DNA of 64,000 nt from the human T2T-CHM13v2.0 reference genome, Homo sapiens: NCBI RefSeq assembly GCF_009914755.1, contig NC_060944.1. One strand, 5' to 3'. Both the position numbers and the translations under genes were made by a program. The notes under the pieces are model-generated. The model was not told where the DNA came from, searched no databases, and worked only from the letters and a program-made list of their open reading frames with translations. Of this stretch, positions 1-15,245 are shown piece by piece (position 1 is the stretch's first letter; each line of letters starts with the position of its first letter).

Positions 1-1070
1 ATTGCTTAGAAAATATAATTTCTGTTTTAAATTTGTAAATTATTTCCCAGGTCATCAAATTAATAATTGAAAAAAACCTTCTAATAATTGGTGGGTATTT
101 CTGCCTAATTTTCATTAAAAGTGGTAGTTTAGTCTGTCCTCCTGAAGCACTTAACCTGATTTTATATCTTAATAAAGGAACACTATTTAGGAGTTTGGGG
201 ACTGTGCTATGCTGTGAAAGCCATTCCTTGGAGCCCATTTTTGTTATTGATGAAATTCTTCCAGTCTGGGATGAACAAACTGTAAAGCCATAAATAAAAG
301 ACCAAGGAGAAGAAAGACACTCTGATCAGACATTCCTAATTCTAAATATAGTTTAAGAATCTGTCTCCTGTTCATTTTAGCAAAAGGTTTGGAGATAACA
401 TTTCACACTGACATATTTCCATACAATCATTTAAATTTATTATTTCCAGTTTTTAGTGTAAATATACATATACACATAGTCTCTCTTTATATATAACTAA
501 AAATCTAAGCTCATCCTAGAAATATTTTGGGAATATGTATTTTATAAAGAAACAGAATCAGAATATAATTTGTTACTCATCTCTCTTTCCAAAGGCAACC
601 CAAGTTAATTTCCTGGAATCTCTCCTAGTAGTATTTTTAAGCATTCATTTGTCTTTTATCTAGCTGGAATTAAGTTAAATGTGGGATTGTGTTTCATGCC
701 ATTGTTTTATATTGTAAGATATTAAAACATAATATTTTTAAGTTGTAGCCATCAATTTAATGATTAACTACACAATAATTCATACATTACCTACATTTCT
801 ATGAGTTTTTCAAGTCTACGTGTGATGGTGAGACCTGCATTTGAGATAAGGGGCAAACCGAGTGCATGGAAGGAGGTACAGAGGTAATATTAGAGAGCTG
901 ACCTTAATCCTGTAGAGCCAGGTCATGAAAAGGGAGTAGAGAACCTCAAGAGAAGAGCAGAGGGAGAAAGAATGTGAGTTTGACGACAAGTTGCATTAAT
1001 AAAAAACCAACAATCAAGTCATGTATTATTTGTAGACATACAAAAGATAAATACTTTTTAAGAGTCTTGA

Positions 1071-1417
<347 letters not shown>

Positions 1418-2992
1418 TCACATTTTCCTTGATGACCTTCTAACTTAAGCAATCTTAACTGGCAAAACTAAAAAATCAAAATATTAATAATTCCCCCACG
1501 ATATGTGTCCTAGTTTAGTTTATAAGTCTTGGCACTTAAGAGATCTAATGAGAACTTACATTTAAAACATGTTTTAAAATAAATTTTAAAAGCTAGAGAT
1601 AAATCCATGGACAGTAAACCATGCTAGAGGTAAATCCATGGGCAATAAACCATGCCAGTTCTCTTTTCTGTGCTAATTATTAGATTATCAATGCCTTTAT
1701 TTTTCTCCCCTTTCTGTCTTCCTCTTTTGATTTTGTTTTCAATGTTAAAATGCCAAGGCACTTATAATGCTTCCCATATTAGGTTTTCTTCTGAAAACCA
1801 TTTGTCCTTTTCTGTATACCAGATTCTCATTATAACTGGGTCTGTGCGTGTGAGCTGTGGAGCCTCCACCTTTGTAAACAAGCCTAAAAAAATTGCTTCT
1901 GTAACTAATAAGCCTGATGCCTTCAGCCCATAGGGATCTCTTTCATCTCTGTTCTAATAAAACTTACTAGCAATTAACTCATAATCCTAACCTCTGTAAG
2001 CCTTTGTAATTTATTTTTGGTATACTCATTCCTTTGTCTTCACTGCTTAATACCTTATTAAGAATAAGGACTATGCAAACTTTTGTGTGTGTCTTTCAGA
2101 CACCAACCCAGTATTTGGCACATAATATACCTGCCATTAATTAATATTTTTGCTGAGTGAGCCAACTTCCTTTGGATGGGCATGAGATAACCACTTCTGT
2201 ATAATACATTCTCTCCAGGGCAATTAAAGCAGTTTTTCAGTGTGTGAAGGTTGTAAATGATCAACTCTCAACAGTCCTTGATCTTTTAAAGCACAATGAG
2301 TGAAGGAAACAAAGCTGTTGACTCATAAAAATGAATTAATAAAAAGTAACCTCTCCTAAGTAAGAAATGGAATATAAAGGATGAGTGTTGAGTGACCACA
2401 AGGGCCATAACTGGAAGTTGTGATGGAGAACACATGTGAGTTATTTGCAAGAAGAGTAAACATATTAAAGATGAAAAGCTCTGTGCAAAGAATAGTCCTA
2501 ACCAATACTGTTTAAAGGACTATCCAGAGTACAGACGATAGATGGAATTCTTAGGGAAACAGCCTGTGCTTGTTCCCCCAATTATTTCTCTGGGCTTTGT
2601 AAACACTGCATATTTAGTGTTTGTCCATTACCATTCGGGGTCATTACAAAAGAACTCAGCCTTGACCTGGATTCCTGAGAAATAAATTACAGCTTTTCTT
2701 ATTACCTTCCAGTAGAACTTGAAGCAATAATTCAAACTCTACGTTAAGTCATCATATATGATCACAAGTGAGTATGTTAATAACAAAATGGATATTCATA
2801 TACAGACCCGAGTAAATTTCTGATGGCAGTCACATCTTGATAGGAATAAATACTGATTCATTACAAATTACTTAATAAATGTACATCTGGATTCTCAAGC
2901 ATTATAACAGATGATAGAATATTAATCTTGTTTGTTTTCAGAGCACTTCTTTTTCTTTAAGTTATACTTGCTGCTATTTACTTCGCCAGAAG

Positions 2993-3458
2993 ACTGATTG
3001 CATTATTGGCCCCAATTCTTCATCATTACTACCTCCCTGGATCCATGCCCTTAGACATGTAACTTTATAATTGCCTTCTACTCAGCAATGTGACACATTG
3101 CAAATGAGATGTTGGCAAATGTCACATCTACAGAGAAATAAAAAGCAGTTGTGCAATTGGGCTTGCTCTTAGGGTTGTCCTCTGACACTGCCATGAGAAG
3201 GATAGGCCCAGGCTATCCGGCCAGAGGAGGAATCACATGGGCTAGAGCTGAGTATCCACAGTTGTCTCAACCAAGGCAACCCTAGATAAGCCAACAGCAA
3301 GTCTACCTTCACACATGTGAGCAGGCTCAGTCAAGGCAAGCACGACCATGCAGTCTACCCATACAAGCGTAAGCTAAACAACTACTTATTGTTCCAAGCC
3401 TCTACATGTTGGGTTAGTTCGTTACATGGCATTAGTATGAAAATACCTAACTGATACA
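2993..3458 (+). mobile_element. MaLR LTR (MLT1G/H-like)
   Basis: Ends ...gttacatggcattagtatgaaaatacctaactgataca. Confidence 0.6.
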
Positions 3459-3689
3459 CCTTGATTTCTCAATATTCAAATATAATTGCTTCTTATTAAT
3501 CCTAAGTATAGAAGCATATGGACAATGACTAGAAAGACTTTGAGTAGGTCCCATTCATAGGATGTGATATCAAATTAAATTAAAAATACAATGTATTTTT
3601 CCCACAAAATGCTGAGAAAGTTTGAACCATTCTGTCTTCATTTTTTTTTCCTACACTAAGAACCAGGTGACTATAGAAGAGTCTAGCTG

Positions 3690-4179
3690 GCCTTATATTG
3701 GGTTCTCTAGGATTATGTATGGAGGGAGCATGCCGTGCCACAGGGGCCCACATAGGGAAGCACCAGGATCATCAGGAGACAGAGGGAGCAAGGGGAAAAA
3801 TGTGAGCAAGGTCTTTTATTGTTGTTTCCACAGGAACAAATAGGCAAGGTAATGTAAGGCAGGCTTAGGATTGGCTTGTTTGAATAATTTCAGCAGGCTC
3901 TGGGGTGTAGGAGCTCTCTCTATTGTCTGGTACCTGGCCCTGGGTGATGGAGCAGTAGAATATTGGCCCTGAGTATGACAGCCTAATGAGAAGGTGGTGG
4001 GTATGTGGGCTCTGGATTGGTTAGTTTGTATATGACAGGTGTTGTCCTTGTTCACTGTCTCCAGGAATTAGCTAGCCCTCAGTGGGGCAGTGCTTCCAGT
4101 GTCAGCGAACTCCAAACTGGGGTGGCCCCACATGTCAAAGCATCAAAAATACAGAAAATAAAAAGGCATGACTAATACA
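3690..4179. mobile_element. ERV LTR fragment (MER74-like, family uncertain)
   Basis: GC-richer block ending aaaaggcatgactaataca. Confidence 0.4.
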
Positions 4180-5544
4180 ACCTTCCCTTCAAAAATACAC
4201 TCCTAAGGCAATAATATATTACTGTTCTTAGAGAGAAAAGTTAAGGGAGTTGCACTGTACTTAAAGTCATGTAGTTACGCTGTGATAATGATACAATGAC
4301 CACAAAAATCTCAAAATATTTTTAAAGGAATCCTCAGTCTTATATAAAGTTTGCAGTGTTAACTTCTTGCTATACTGTCCTCTTTCGAGGGTTTTCTTTC
4401 CAATGATCAACATTGATTGATGTAGGACCTTCTTAGCGTTCTGCTAAATATGTGGGAAAAATACATGGCGTGTTTCCTGAATTTGTGGAATTTTTGCAGG
4501 GGAAGCAATAAGAGAGAAATAGAAGGCAATGTGAACTTAATATGCTTTAATAATGATTTACTGCACAACTACTGGGTGCTAGGCACTATGATAGGTGCTG
4601 GGGGATTTCAGTCAAATGCCATTTATGCTTTCAAGGAACTCATAGTTTAATGAGCACAAATTATATGAAAACAAATGATTGAGCTATGGTGAGCAGTCAA
4701 CTCTGTTGGAATTAGTCAGAAAGCTTCAGGGAGGAGATCATCAAGGTGGGCCTTCAAGGATGAGTTTGACACAGGGCTGTAGGTGACACTTCGGGCAAAG
4801 GGAACTGTATGTGCAAAGGCACAGAGTCAGGAATTAAAGTGTCATAAGAAGCTACAAACATTTCCTTTACAACCAGGAACTGGGGTGTGTGTGGGAAAGT
4901 GGTAAGACATTAGGCTAATCCAGAAGCAGGTTGTGATCAAGGAGGAGCTCAAAGTCTGTACTAAGGAGTTAGGGCTTTACCCCACTAACAATAAGGAACA
5001 ATTCATGAGTCTTAAGCAGAGAAATAATATAAACAACCTGCCTGCTTAAAAGGTTATTCAGGCTTTGCTATGAAGGACTTTAAGTTCTCTGAGGGTAGGA
5101 ATTCTATCCATCTTTTTCACAATCTGTACCCCAGCACCTAGGGCCTGGCACCTAGGATGTATTCATGTAGCTGAGAACGCTGTGCTACTTAAATGTTCCA
5201 ATGCTCCCCCGTACTTCCTAGTTCTCTTTGCAGTTAGACTGGAGCCCTGTGATTAGTTCTGTCCAGTGGTTATAACCAGAAGTGACTTGGCGACCATTTG
5301 GATATAGGAGGTGAAGGTGAAAAGTGAACCTAGGATGACATTTGAAATCTTGCTTGGGGTGGTTCAGAACAGGTTATAAGGAACAAGTATGGGACAATTT
5401 TGGATGTCCTGAGTTCAAGATGACTGTGAGATGAAGTTTTTAATTAGAATAGAGCTAAATGTTACAAGGTTTGACATAGGCAACAGTTACTATGGGAAAT
5501 CAGGAAGGTAAAGTATTAAACATGTAGCACTTTGTGGGTTCTGC

Positions 5545-5661
5545 TAGAGTGACTCACTATCCAGGTTTGCCCAGGACTGAGGAGTTTCTTGGGATGCATG
5601 AAGGACTGTCAATGCCAATACCAAGAGAGTTCCAGGCAAACCAGGATGGTTGGTCATCCTA
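5545..5661. mobile_element. MER81 hAT MITE
   Basis: Palindromic ends tagagtgact...ccaggtttgccc / ggcaaaccaggatggttggtcatccta. Confidence 0.75.
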
Positions 5662-5826
5662 AGCCTGCTATACCTTACCACCTGCAAAGAATAGCTATTG
5701 AGTATTTCTACTCTGAATTCAGAAGTTTGTATTCCTCCGAACCTCTGTATCTCAACTACCATTCAGTTGTATGGAAAATGAATCCAAATTGGCCAGAGTA
5801 GGCAAGAAAGTATAAATTCTGTAAAC

Positions 5827-6041
5827 CAGTGTTGTGCGAGAACCAATTCACACCAGCTCACAAGAGCTGATTTTACTCATTTCTTCACAACTCTACATTT
5901 GCTGAGTCATGCGAATAGGTTGCAGTTGGCCATGGTGGGAGAATTGACACTATGGAAATTAGCAAGTTCTACATATTAGAGCTTCTCTCCCCTATCCCCA
6001 ACCCCAGAACTGGTTGTTAAACATTTACCAGGACACCTCTG
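5827..6041 (+). mobile_element. MER63-type hAT element
   Basis: cagtgttgtgcgagaaccaattcacaccagctcacaagagc...gttgttaaacatttaccaggacacctctg. Confidence 0.6.
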
Positions 6042-6514
6042 CCATAAGCTGAGTTGAAAAGGTTTGGAAGACATTATATTGTGGGGATAGCCCAATGTAG
6101 ATGCTATTGGTACCTCACCCTGCATCCCTTTACCTAGGGAGTGCACTTATCCCCCAGGTGCTGTGAGTGTTGGCAGCTAACAACTCACAGGCACCCCTTT
6201 TTCTAGGAATTGTCCTCAGCCAACAGGAGTTGCCGTGGCTGGAATACCTGGGAGGTAACGCCCTACACCCAATAGTGGCCCGTAGCCCATGATTGACTCA
6301 TAGAGTGGTGTCAAAGGTCAGGCTTTTTACCCTAAGTTGGGACAGCACCGTGGTACCATTCATACTCCAGAACTCTCCAGGATCAGGCTGAGACCAGTCT
6401 CCAGCTGTAACTACGTCCTTGCCTAGCTGCCTCTGCTTCCCTATATTGCTTCCCTTATTCCCTCATCTGTTTCCCCTGAGAGCTTCTCTCAATGAATCCC
6501 TGCCTTATGTTCAT

Positions 6515-7330
<816 letters not shown>

Positions 7331-8382
7331 TTTTTAAAAAACATAAAATACAAAATAAATAAATTATTTAAAAACCCTCATCTTAGGCTCTGCTTCAAGG
7401 GAATCTAACCTAACACAGTCAGCCCAGGAGAATTTCTATGGAATGAACATATAATCTCCAGTACATATGCCATGTGCTAACAAACACATGAGAGAACTTT
7501 ATGATCTGTGTGCTTTCGTTGAGCAGAGAACGTCCCTTTGATTCCTGAGCTTACTGGAATATCATTACGTAATTCTCCCCCATTTCCTGCTGCATACCTA
7601 CAAGTAATCTCAAAAATGCTTTCAAGGAGAGTTTTCAATTTTGCGTTTTGAACTTTGGATCTGCCTTCATTTAACTAAGTGAGAGAAGGAGAAACAAAAT
7701 TCCAGTGTATTAGCATGACATTTAAGGTGGAGAAATGTAGGCAGCAGGCAATCATGTGGAGCAGCGGTTTACAGCTGAATTCTACCATTTGTAGCTACTT
7801 AACATGCTGAACCATTCCTCTCTGTCTGGAAAAATCATAAAAAGGGGCCCGTCAGCACTCTGAGTCACTGCTAAGAAGCTTATGCAGCCTCACACCTGCA
7901 TTTAAATGAGTGTTTCCGGGGCAAAAATGAAGGACCTCAGAGAAATGAAACGGAGCACTCTAGCAGAGAAAAACGATATTGGTTTCTGTCTGCATTTGTA
8001 AATTAACTACAAGAAGAACACTTCTAGAATTAGTTTAATTATTAATAGAAATCGCTTTGAACAATTTTTTTGCTTCACATTTTATTTTAAATGAGGACGG
8101 TCATAGAAGGTTTATCATTAGGTGGCAAAATTTGATCATATTCAAAATGTAAAGAAACAGCCACTGATACCAAGGTATGGTGCCTCACACAAAGTAGGAA
8201 TTCTGTACCTATGGGGTGAACTCATCAATTACGTCAAACTCAAACATAGGTTTCAAAACCAGGACTTGTGCATACTTCATCTTTAGTTTCTTCTTTCTCA
8301 AATTTTACTGCTTAGTAAGGTATAGCTTACATAGAGTACAGTGAGTAAATTTTAAGTGTTATGTTTTGACTAATTTACACAA

Positions 8383-8430
8383 ACACACACACATACACAC
8401 ACACAGACACACACACACACACACACACAC
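8383..8430 (+). repeat. (CA)n microsatellite
   Basis: Direct reading. Confidence 0.9.
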
Positions 8431-8592
8431 GTGGAGCCCCCATCCATATTGAAATAGAGAATTTCTAGTGCCCCAGCAACCCTCCTTAATTACCTCCCCA
8501 CCAAGAGACCACTACTATAGATCTTCCTAAATTTTCACGCTTCCATGGAAGAATTGTTTTTCCAAGTTGGAGCAGGAGTAATCTAGTCATAG

Positions 8593-8911
<319 letters not shown>

Positions 8912-9429
8912 CTCAAGATTCTCTTTAGCCCAACATGATCCCAAGAAATCATTAGTCTTTTACTGCTTACCCTCAGAAGGGATCACCCTTGCACTGCCCT
9001 CATTGGGTGCTCTTGCCCATGCCATGGCCAGGGTCTCATTGTGATCCTTGGAGCTTCGGCTTACTTTTGGGGGGCAAAATGCTTCCAAGACTCTCAGTAT
9101 TATAGCTCTAGGTCCATTTCTAGATGCATGTCCTAGGTGCTGAACTAGGTCTTTTCAGACATTCCTTACCTGCCAGAGGTAAGACTTTCTCTGTGCATGT
9201 CCTGGAGCCAGAGCCACCATGCTGTCCCATAAGCTGCGGTCTGATGGCAGAGGCAGACTCCATTGCCAAGACTCCAGTTCACTGACCCTTAATTGTGCAC
9301 AGCTCAGAAGAGGTCACAGTTTGGCTCAGACTTCTTGAATAGCTTCTAGAAGAATTGTTTGAAATGAGAAGATGTTGGAAAGAACTAGAAACTCTTCTTT
9401 CATGATCTACTCCACACACATTTCACTCC

Positions 9430-9969
9430 AATAATACTAAACAGCTTCCAGTTCCTGGTCTACCATATCGGTTCATGTCTCCCTGTCTTTGATCACGTTA
9501 TTAACTCTTTTTAGAATATATCACGTTTTTACCCCTCTTGACGTGATGCTTTTTCTTTTTCCAAGTCTGAGCTGAGATGTCATATTCTAGAACCACAAGT
9601 TCAGCTAAGTCCCTCTTCTCTAGGGCCTCATGCTAATGAGCTTCTTTAGCATTGCTTCCACTGTCTCCTAAATGTGAGGTGGTCTCTGCTCCTTGCCAGC
9701 TCCAAGTGACCAAATAGTATCTTTTTATAAACTCAAATGTAGACACTATCTCCATGAAATCTTTTCACCTCTTCTCCAATGAAGCGCTTTGCTTCTTCTC
9801 TATGTATATTTGACACTTCATTAATACCCCTCAGTGGTTTTTCATATTTTTATTTTTCCCGTTAGATTGTAAAACCTCCTTCAGAAGAGTTTTGTTTGAC
9901 ATTGAATTCCAATCTACTCCAGTGCCCAGCTCATTACCCCAGATTCAATAAATGCTCGCTGAATGAATG
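9430..9969 (+). mobile_element. L2 3' end
   Basis: Ends tcaataaatgctcgctgaatgaatg. Confidence 0.5.
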
Positions 9970-12328
9970 CATGCAGAGCTGAGTGGATAAGCAAGCCTCC
10001 TTGATTAATCACATCAATTAAACTGGGTCAAAGATGTTTTGTTATATTGGTTCCATTATCTGACTTTCGGAAAAGCAATGTGACCTACAGAGTTGACATG
10101 CCCTTGATATGGCAAAAGATGAGTTTCATCCTCAAATATCCCATTAGCATTTTATTTTCCCTGCTTAGAGTATATGGTTGACTTATTCCTGTCACAGACC
10201 TAAGTAACTACTAATATTGAGATTTTCTCTCTAATTCTTCTGACACTTCTTCTTTTTCTTTTTTATTTATTTATTATGGTTTTTTTTTTTGCCTAAAAAG
10301 CGTCATCTTTCTGGATCACGTCACCGACTCTAGCCTTTGGCTTTCTATCCAGGGACATTTTTCACAAAGAAACAAAACTGTTTAGTGATGGTAGCAGAGT
10401 TATCAACATGGTAAGTAGGGAAAAACGTATTTGCATTTAAAAGCAAATCCTGGACCTGTGGCAGAGCCAGGCTTGATAATTACGTCCCTTACATTGGCCG
10501 GCCTGATAAAGCTTGGATATTCACAGTGACAAGTAGCAACCCGCTATAGACCTTAGTGGTCACTCACAAATAGGAAAAAAATCTTGGAATGTTAAATTCG
10601 CAGATTAGAGAATCCCCTTTTCACATTTTCTGCAAAATCCATTTTGATGCAAATTAGATTACAGAAAATTTAAGATTCTCATAAATGTACATCATATTTC
10701 TGTTAGTGACGTTTTACCCTTGCCCCTCCACACCTTTGTGTTTAGGCTCACACATTTCAATTTCAAAACCCAGAACCATGGTATTAATTCTAAAATCTGA
10801 GCTACTAAAGCTGGGGCCCTCAAGTAAGTACACCATGGAATCTGCGAGATAGAAATTCCTAGCCTCGCATTTTAGTTTAAAAAGTTTTAGTTTGAAAGTA
10901 TGGGGGATGAGCTGGTGGCATAAGCTGTATAACAATGATATTTTTATTAAATTTGAAGGCCTAAAAATATCCTGTAGTAGGGGAAAGTACTTTTACCCAC
11001 CATAAATGTTATTAGGTTTGTGTAATTGTGCCAAAATTGTAAGGGCAAAAATGATCTGCTTTGCTATTGTCTAAAACTAACGCCAGCACTATCAATTAAA
11101 AAATATATATATATATATGATCTCAAAAAGGGAGATGGTGTAGAATCTACTTAGCTTTGAGCAGTACCAACAGAGAATTCTCCTAGGACTCATACTAAAT
11201 GAGTTGGGTTATTATTAATTAGTAGGAGTTAAAACAATTATCAGATCATGTACAGCACTGTTCTTAATGCAGCCTGCCTAGGGACCCTGTTAGGAGGGTG
11301 TGTGGCCATTTGACTCTTGCTTTCTTTATGTAATATCATAATGACCCAAGCTAGGGGGATTCCAACAATGATATACAGCAGCTTATACAAAAGGGGACTT
11401 CATGTCATTCCAAAGAGTGAAAGAAAAACAGGAAAGCAGATGCGAGAGCAAAACCATTCCTTACTGAAGACATCATGAGTCCTTTGTTTTTCTTTTTCTA
11501 TTTTCTATTGTCAAGAATATTTATATTCATCCAGGCAAGATTGCATGGGGAGGAATATCACAGTTGTACATTTGTTGCCATTGGGTTCTGGTTTACAACT
11601 GTCTTGCCTGAGATTATAAATTTTCAGGTTAATGCAGTACTAATGCAGAATTTGTTCATCCTGGAATTTGTGTATATAGCATATTAAGTAAATCCAAAGA
11701 GACAAGTAGCATATGAGGTAAGGAGTCCTGGGTTTGAGCTTTTTCTAGTAAAGTAGCCAGAGATTGTAGTTAGTAAACATTTCTGAATGTTCTACAGTAC
11801 ATAACTGTAAAATAGAATGATAAATGAGGTGACTTACCAGGCCACTTCCAATTTTGAAATTGTAAGATTTCATTCAGTCTCTCCCAACCCCCACCAAAAT
11901 AAAAAACTTGTGAAACCAAGTCTGTACCAGACTGACGTGTATCGAAACTGTCACTCTGGTGTTGAGATAAATAGCCATAACTCTTAGTTACTGTAAAAAA
12001 TAGTTGAGAGTTATGGAGGATATGATTTAATACATGCTTATTGAATATATACTTCGTGTAAGGCTCTGCACTGGGAATTATAGAGAAGTTCAAGTATATT
12101 TAAAACACAGCTTCTTACACAGTACCTGGTCTGAAGAGGCCTCCAGGGGAGGTGGGAAGATGAAAGAAATAATTTTCAAAATTATTTTGGAGAAGGGTAG
12201 AGTAGCTCACCATAGTAGTGGTCTGTCTCTTCAACAAATGACACTTTTAAATTGCTTTGATTTTTGTTTCTAACTTCTTAAAAAATGTGTATGCAACCAG
12301 GATTCATATTTTATTACTTATATAGCCA

Positions 12329-12736
12329 ATGTTAGGAACTAAATTGTGCTCACCCCATATTCATATGTTGAAGCCCTAACCCCTAATGTGACTTTATTTG
12401 GAGATAGGGACTTTAAAGAGGTCATTAATGTTAAATGAGGTCATAAGGGCAGGACCCTAATCCAATGAGACTGGTGTCCTTATAAGAGGAAGGACACCAG
12501 TCCCTCATCTAAGAGGAAGAAACATCTGAGAAGCATGTGCACAGAAATGAGGCTGTGTGAGGACACAGCAAGAAAGCAGCTATCTGCAGAACAAGGAGAG
12601 AGGCTGCAGGAGAGACCAAACCTGTCCACACCTTGATTTTTGACTTCCAGCCTCCAAAACTGAAAGAAAATACAATTCTCCTGTTTCAGCTACCAAGTAT
12701 GGTGTTATGGTGTGGCAGCCCAAGCAAACTCATGTA
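12329..12736 (+). mobile_element. MaLR LTR (MLT1B-like)
   Basis: tgttaggaactaaattgtg...ttcatatgttgaagccctaacccc...ttgacttccagcctcc...ggcagcccaagcaaact. Confidence 0.8.
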
Positions 12737-13301
12737 GCTGATTTCATGAACTTTCATGTTTTCTGCACTGTGGCTTTTCTGATGTTTGTAATTTTCCCCA
12801 TTCCCTCTCCAGTCACAAAACTAGAACACAATCTTGGGAAAGGACACTTGTTCCCACCTCCCATCCCCAGCACAAAAATCTACAAACACATATCGGACAA
12901 GACAACCCACATTGGGCCAGTGTCTTGTGAGGGGTGTCCGACATCATGGTAAGTCAGCAAGGGGGAGAGACTGCACTTCTAAAGTGTCCAGTACAGGCTC
13001 CAAGAGCAGGTGGCATTTGAGCTAGGCCAGGTTAATTCCCATCACTGTTTTGTCTTTGGGCTTAGTTGTGCACTTCTCTCATTTTATCAGGGTAGACAGA
13101 ACGAAGACATGAACAATGTTTTGAAACTCACTCCTTCATTCAACCAATAATTGAACACTGGGCACAGTTCTAGGTGACTGAGTTACATCGGTGACCAAAA
13201 CAGACTCATATTCTACCTTTGGAATTTACACTCTAGTAGCATGTGGAGAATTAGACAGTCCTTGCCTTTGAAAAATTCAGCATCTTGTGGGGAGATGGTC
13301 C

Positions 13302-14003
13302 CTGTCTTAATCTGTTTGGGCTGGTATAACAAATTACTGTAGATTGGGTGGCTTACAAACAACACAAATTTATTTCTTACAGTACTAGAGGCTGGGAAGT
13401 CTAAGATCAAGGTGCCAGCAGATTTGGGGTCTGATGAGAGCCCACTTCCTGGTTCGTAGACAGAAGACCATCTTCTTATTGTGTCCTCACATGGTGGAAG
13501 GGGTGAAGGCTCTCTCTGGGGTCAATCTCTCTCTTTTTTTTTTTTTTTTTTTTTTTTGAGACAGAGTCTTGCTCTGTCACCCAGACTGGAGTGCAATGAT
13601 GCAATCACAGCTCATGCAGCCTCAACCTTCTGGGCTCAAGCAATCCTCCCACCTCAGCCTTCCAAGTGACTGGGGCTACAGATGTGTGCCACCATGCCAG
13701 GCTAATATTTTAATTTTTTTGTAAGGATGAGAAGTCTCATTATGTTGCTTAGGTTGGTCTCAAACTCTTGGCCTCAAGTGATCCTCCCACCTCAGCCTCC
13801 CAAAGGGCAGGGATTACAGGCATGAGCCACCACAGCTGGCCCTTGTGGTCTCTTTTACAAGGGTACTAATCCCATTCATCAAGGCTCTACCCTTATGACC
13901 TAATCAGCTCCCCAAGGCCCCTCCTCCTAATATCATCACTTTGGTGGTTAGAATTTCAAAATATGAATTTCGGGTGGGGACATAAACATTCAGTTCATTG
14001 TAG
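13302..14003 (-). mobile_element. MaLR LTR (MLT1A-like), split by an AluJ
   Basis: tgtcttaatctgtttgggctggtataacaaa...ggctgggaagtctaagatcaaggtgccagcagatttgg...aaacattcagttcattgta. Confidence 0.78.
13534..13841 (-). mobile_element. AluJ inserted in a MaLR LTR
   Basis: Poly-T followed by a J-type Alu sequence (ctgggctcaagcaatcctcccacc). Confidence 0.88.
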
Positions 14004-14396
14004 TCCCACTTAAACTGATGGTTTCAATAATATAATAAATGTAGAGAAAAGGAAGCCTGAACACGGAACTTTGAAAGGGCCTGGTAGGAGCCTGGGAATG
14101 ACTCAACTGAGACATCCTTGAAGAATTCCTGTTTGTTTTTTGTCCAGAGAGTGCCAAGGAAATTCCCAGCACAATGTACCTATGACAAATTCGGAAGTCG
14201 TATGTTGGGAATTAATCCTGCTTTATTTTCATCTCATTATATGAATGTAAAATATATAAGAAATATCAGTTGGGTTAATTTTAGCTCCTTTTATGGAAAT
14301 TTAATTATTTATACAATAAATTTAGTTCCTTAAAATATAAAATCGATGTCACCTTTTTCTTTGCTCTTTGGTAGTTTTTTTTTGTTGTTGTTGTTG

Positions 14397-15245
14397 CTAT
14401 TTCTATTGCTGCTGTGACAAATTACCACAAACTCAGTGACTTAAAACAACACACATTTATTATTTTACAGTTTTATAGGTCAGAAGTCTGACGTAGAGGT
14501 TACTTGGCTAAGATCAAGGTGCCAGCAGGTGCATTTCTTCCTGGAGGCCCTGGGGGAAAATCTGTTTCCTCACCTTTTCCAGCTTCATAGACCCCTTCCT
14601 CCAACTTCAAAGGCAGCAAGATTAGGCTGAGTCCTTCTCATGCTGACATGTCTCTGGTTCTTTCTTCAAATTCCCTCTTCCACTCTAAAGGGCCCTCTTG
14701 ATTCCATTAGGCCTACCTGGATAATCCAGAATAATCCTACTTTAATTTTTTTTTTAAGTTCTGGGGTCCATGTGCAGGACGTGCAGGTTTGTTACATAGG
14801 TAAACATGTGCCATGGTCATTTGCTGCACCTATCAACCCATCACCTAGGTATTAAGCCCAGCATGCATTAGCTATGTTTCCTAATGTTCTCCCTCCCCCT
14901 CCCCGACCTTCCAACAGGCCCCAGTGTGTTGTTCCCCTCCCTGTGTCCATGTGTTCTCATTGTTCAGCTCCCACTTATAAGCGAGAACATGAGGCGTTTG
15001 GTTTTCTGTTCCTGCGTTAGTTTGCTGAGGATAATGGCTTCCAGCTCCATCCATGTCCCTGCAAAGGACATGATCTTGTTCCTTTTTATGGCTGCATAGT
15101 ATTCCATGGTGTATAAGATCAGCTGCTAGCATGCTTAATTTCATCTTCAACCTTAATACTCACTTGCCATGTAACCTAACACATCCACAGGTTTCCAGGA
15201 TTAAGACATAGACAACTTTGGGGAGCCATTATTCTGCCTACCACA
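14397..15245 (-). mobile_element. MaLR LTR (MLT1C-like), split by an L1 fragment
   Basis: ttgctgctgtgacaaattaccacaaactcagtgacttaaaacaacac...attattctgcctaccaca. Confidence 0.78.
14746..15115 (-). mobile_element. 5'-truncated L1PA (3' end only)
   Basis: catgtgcaggacgtgcaggtttgttacataggtaaac...ggctgcatagtattccatggtgtata. Confidence 0.88.

Noticed and set aside
14881-15150. ORFs resembling the L1 ORF2 C-terminus
   Set aside because: Remnant of a 370-bp truncated L1.
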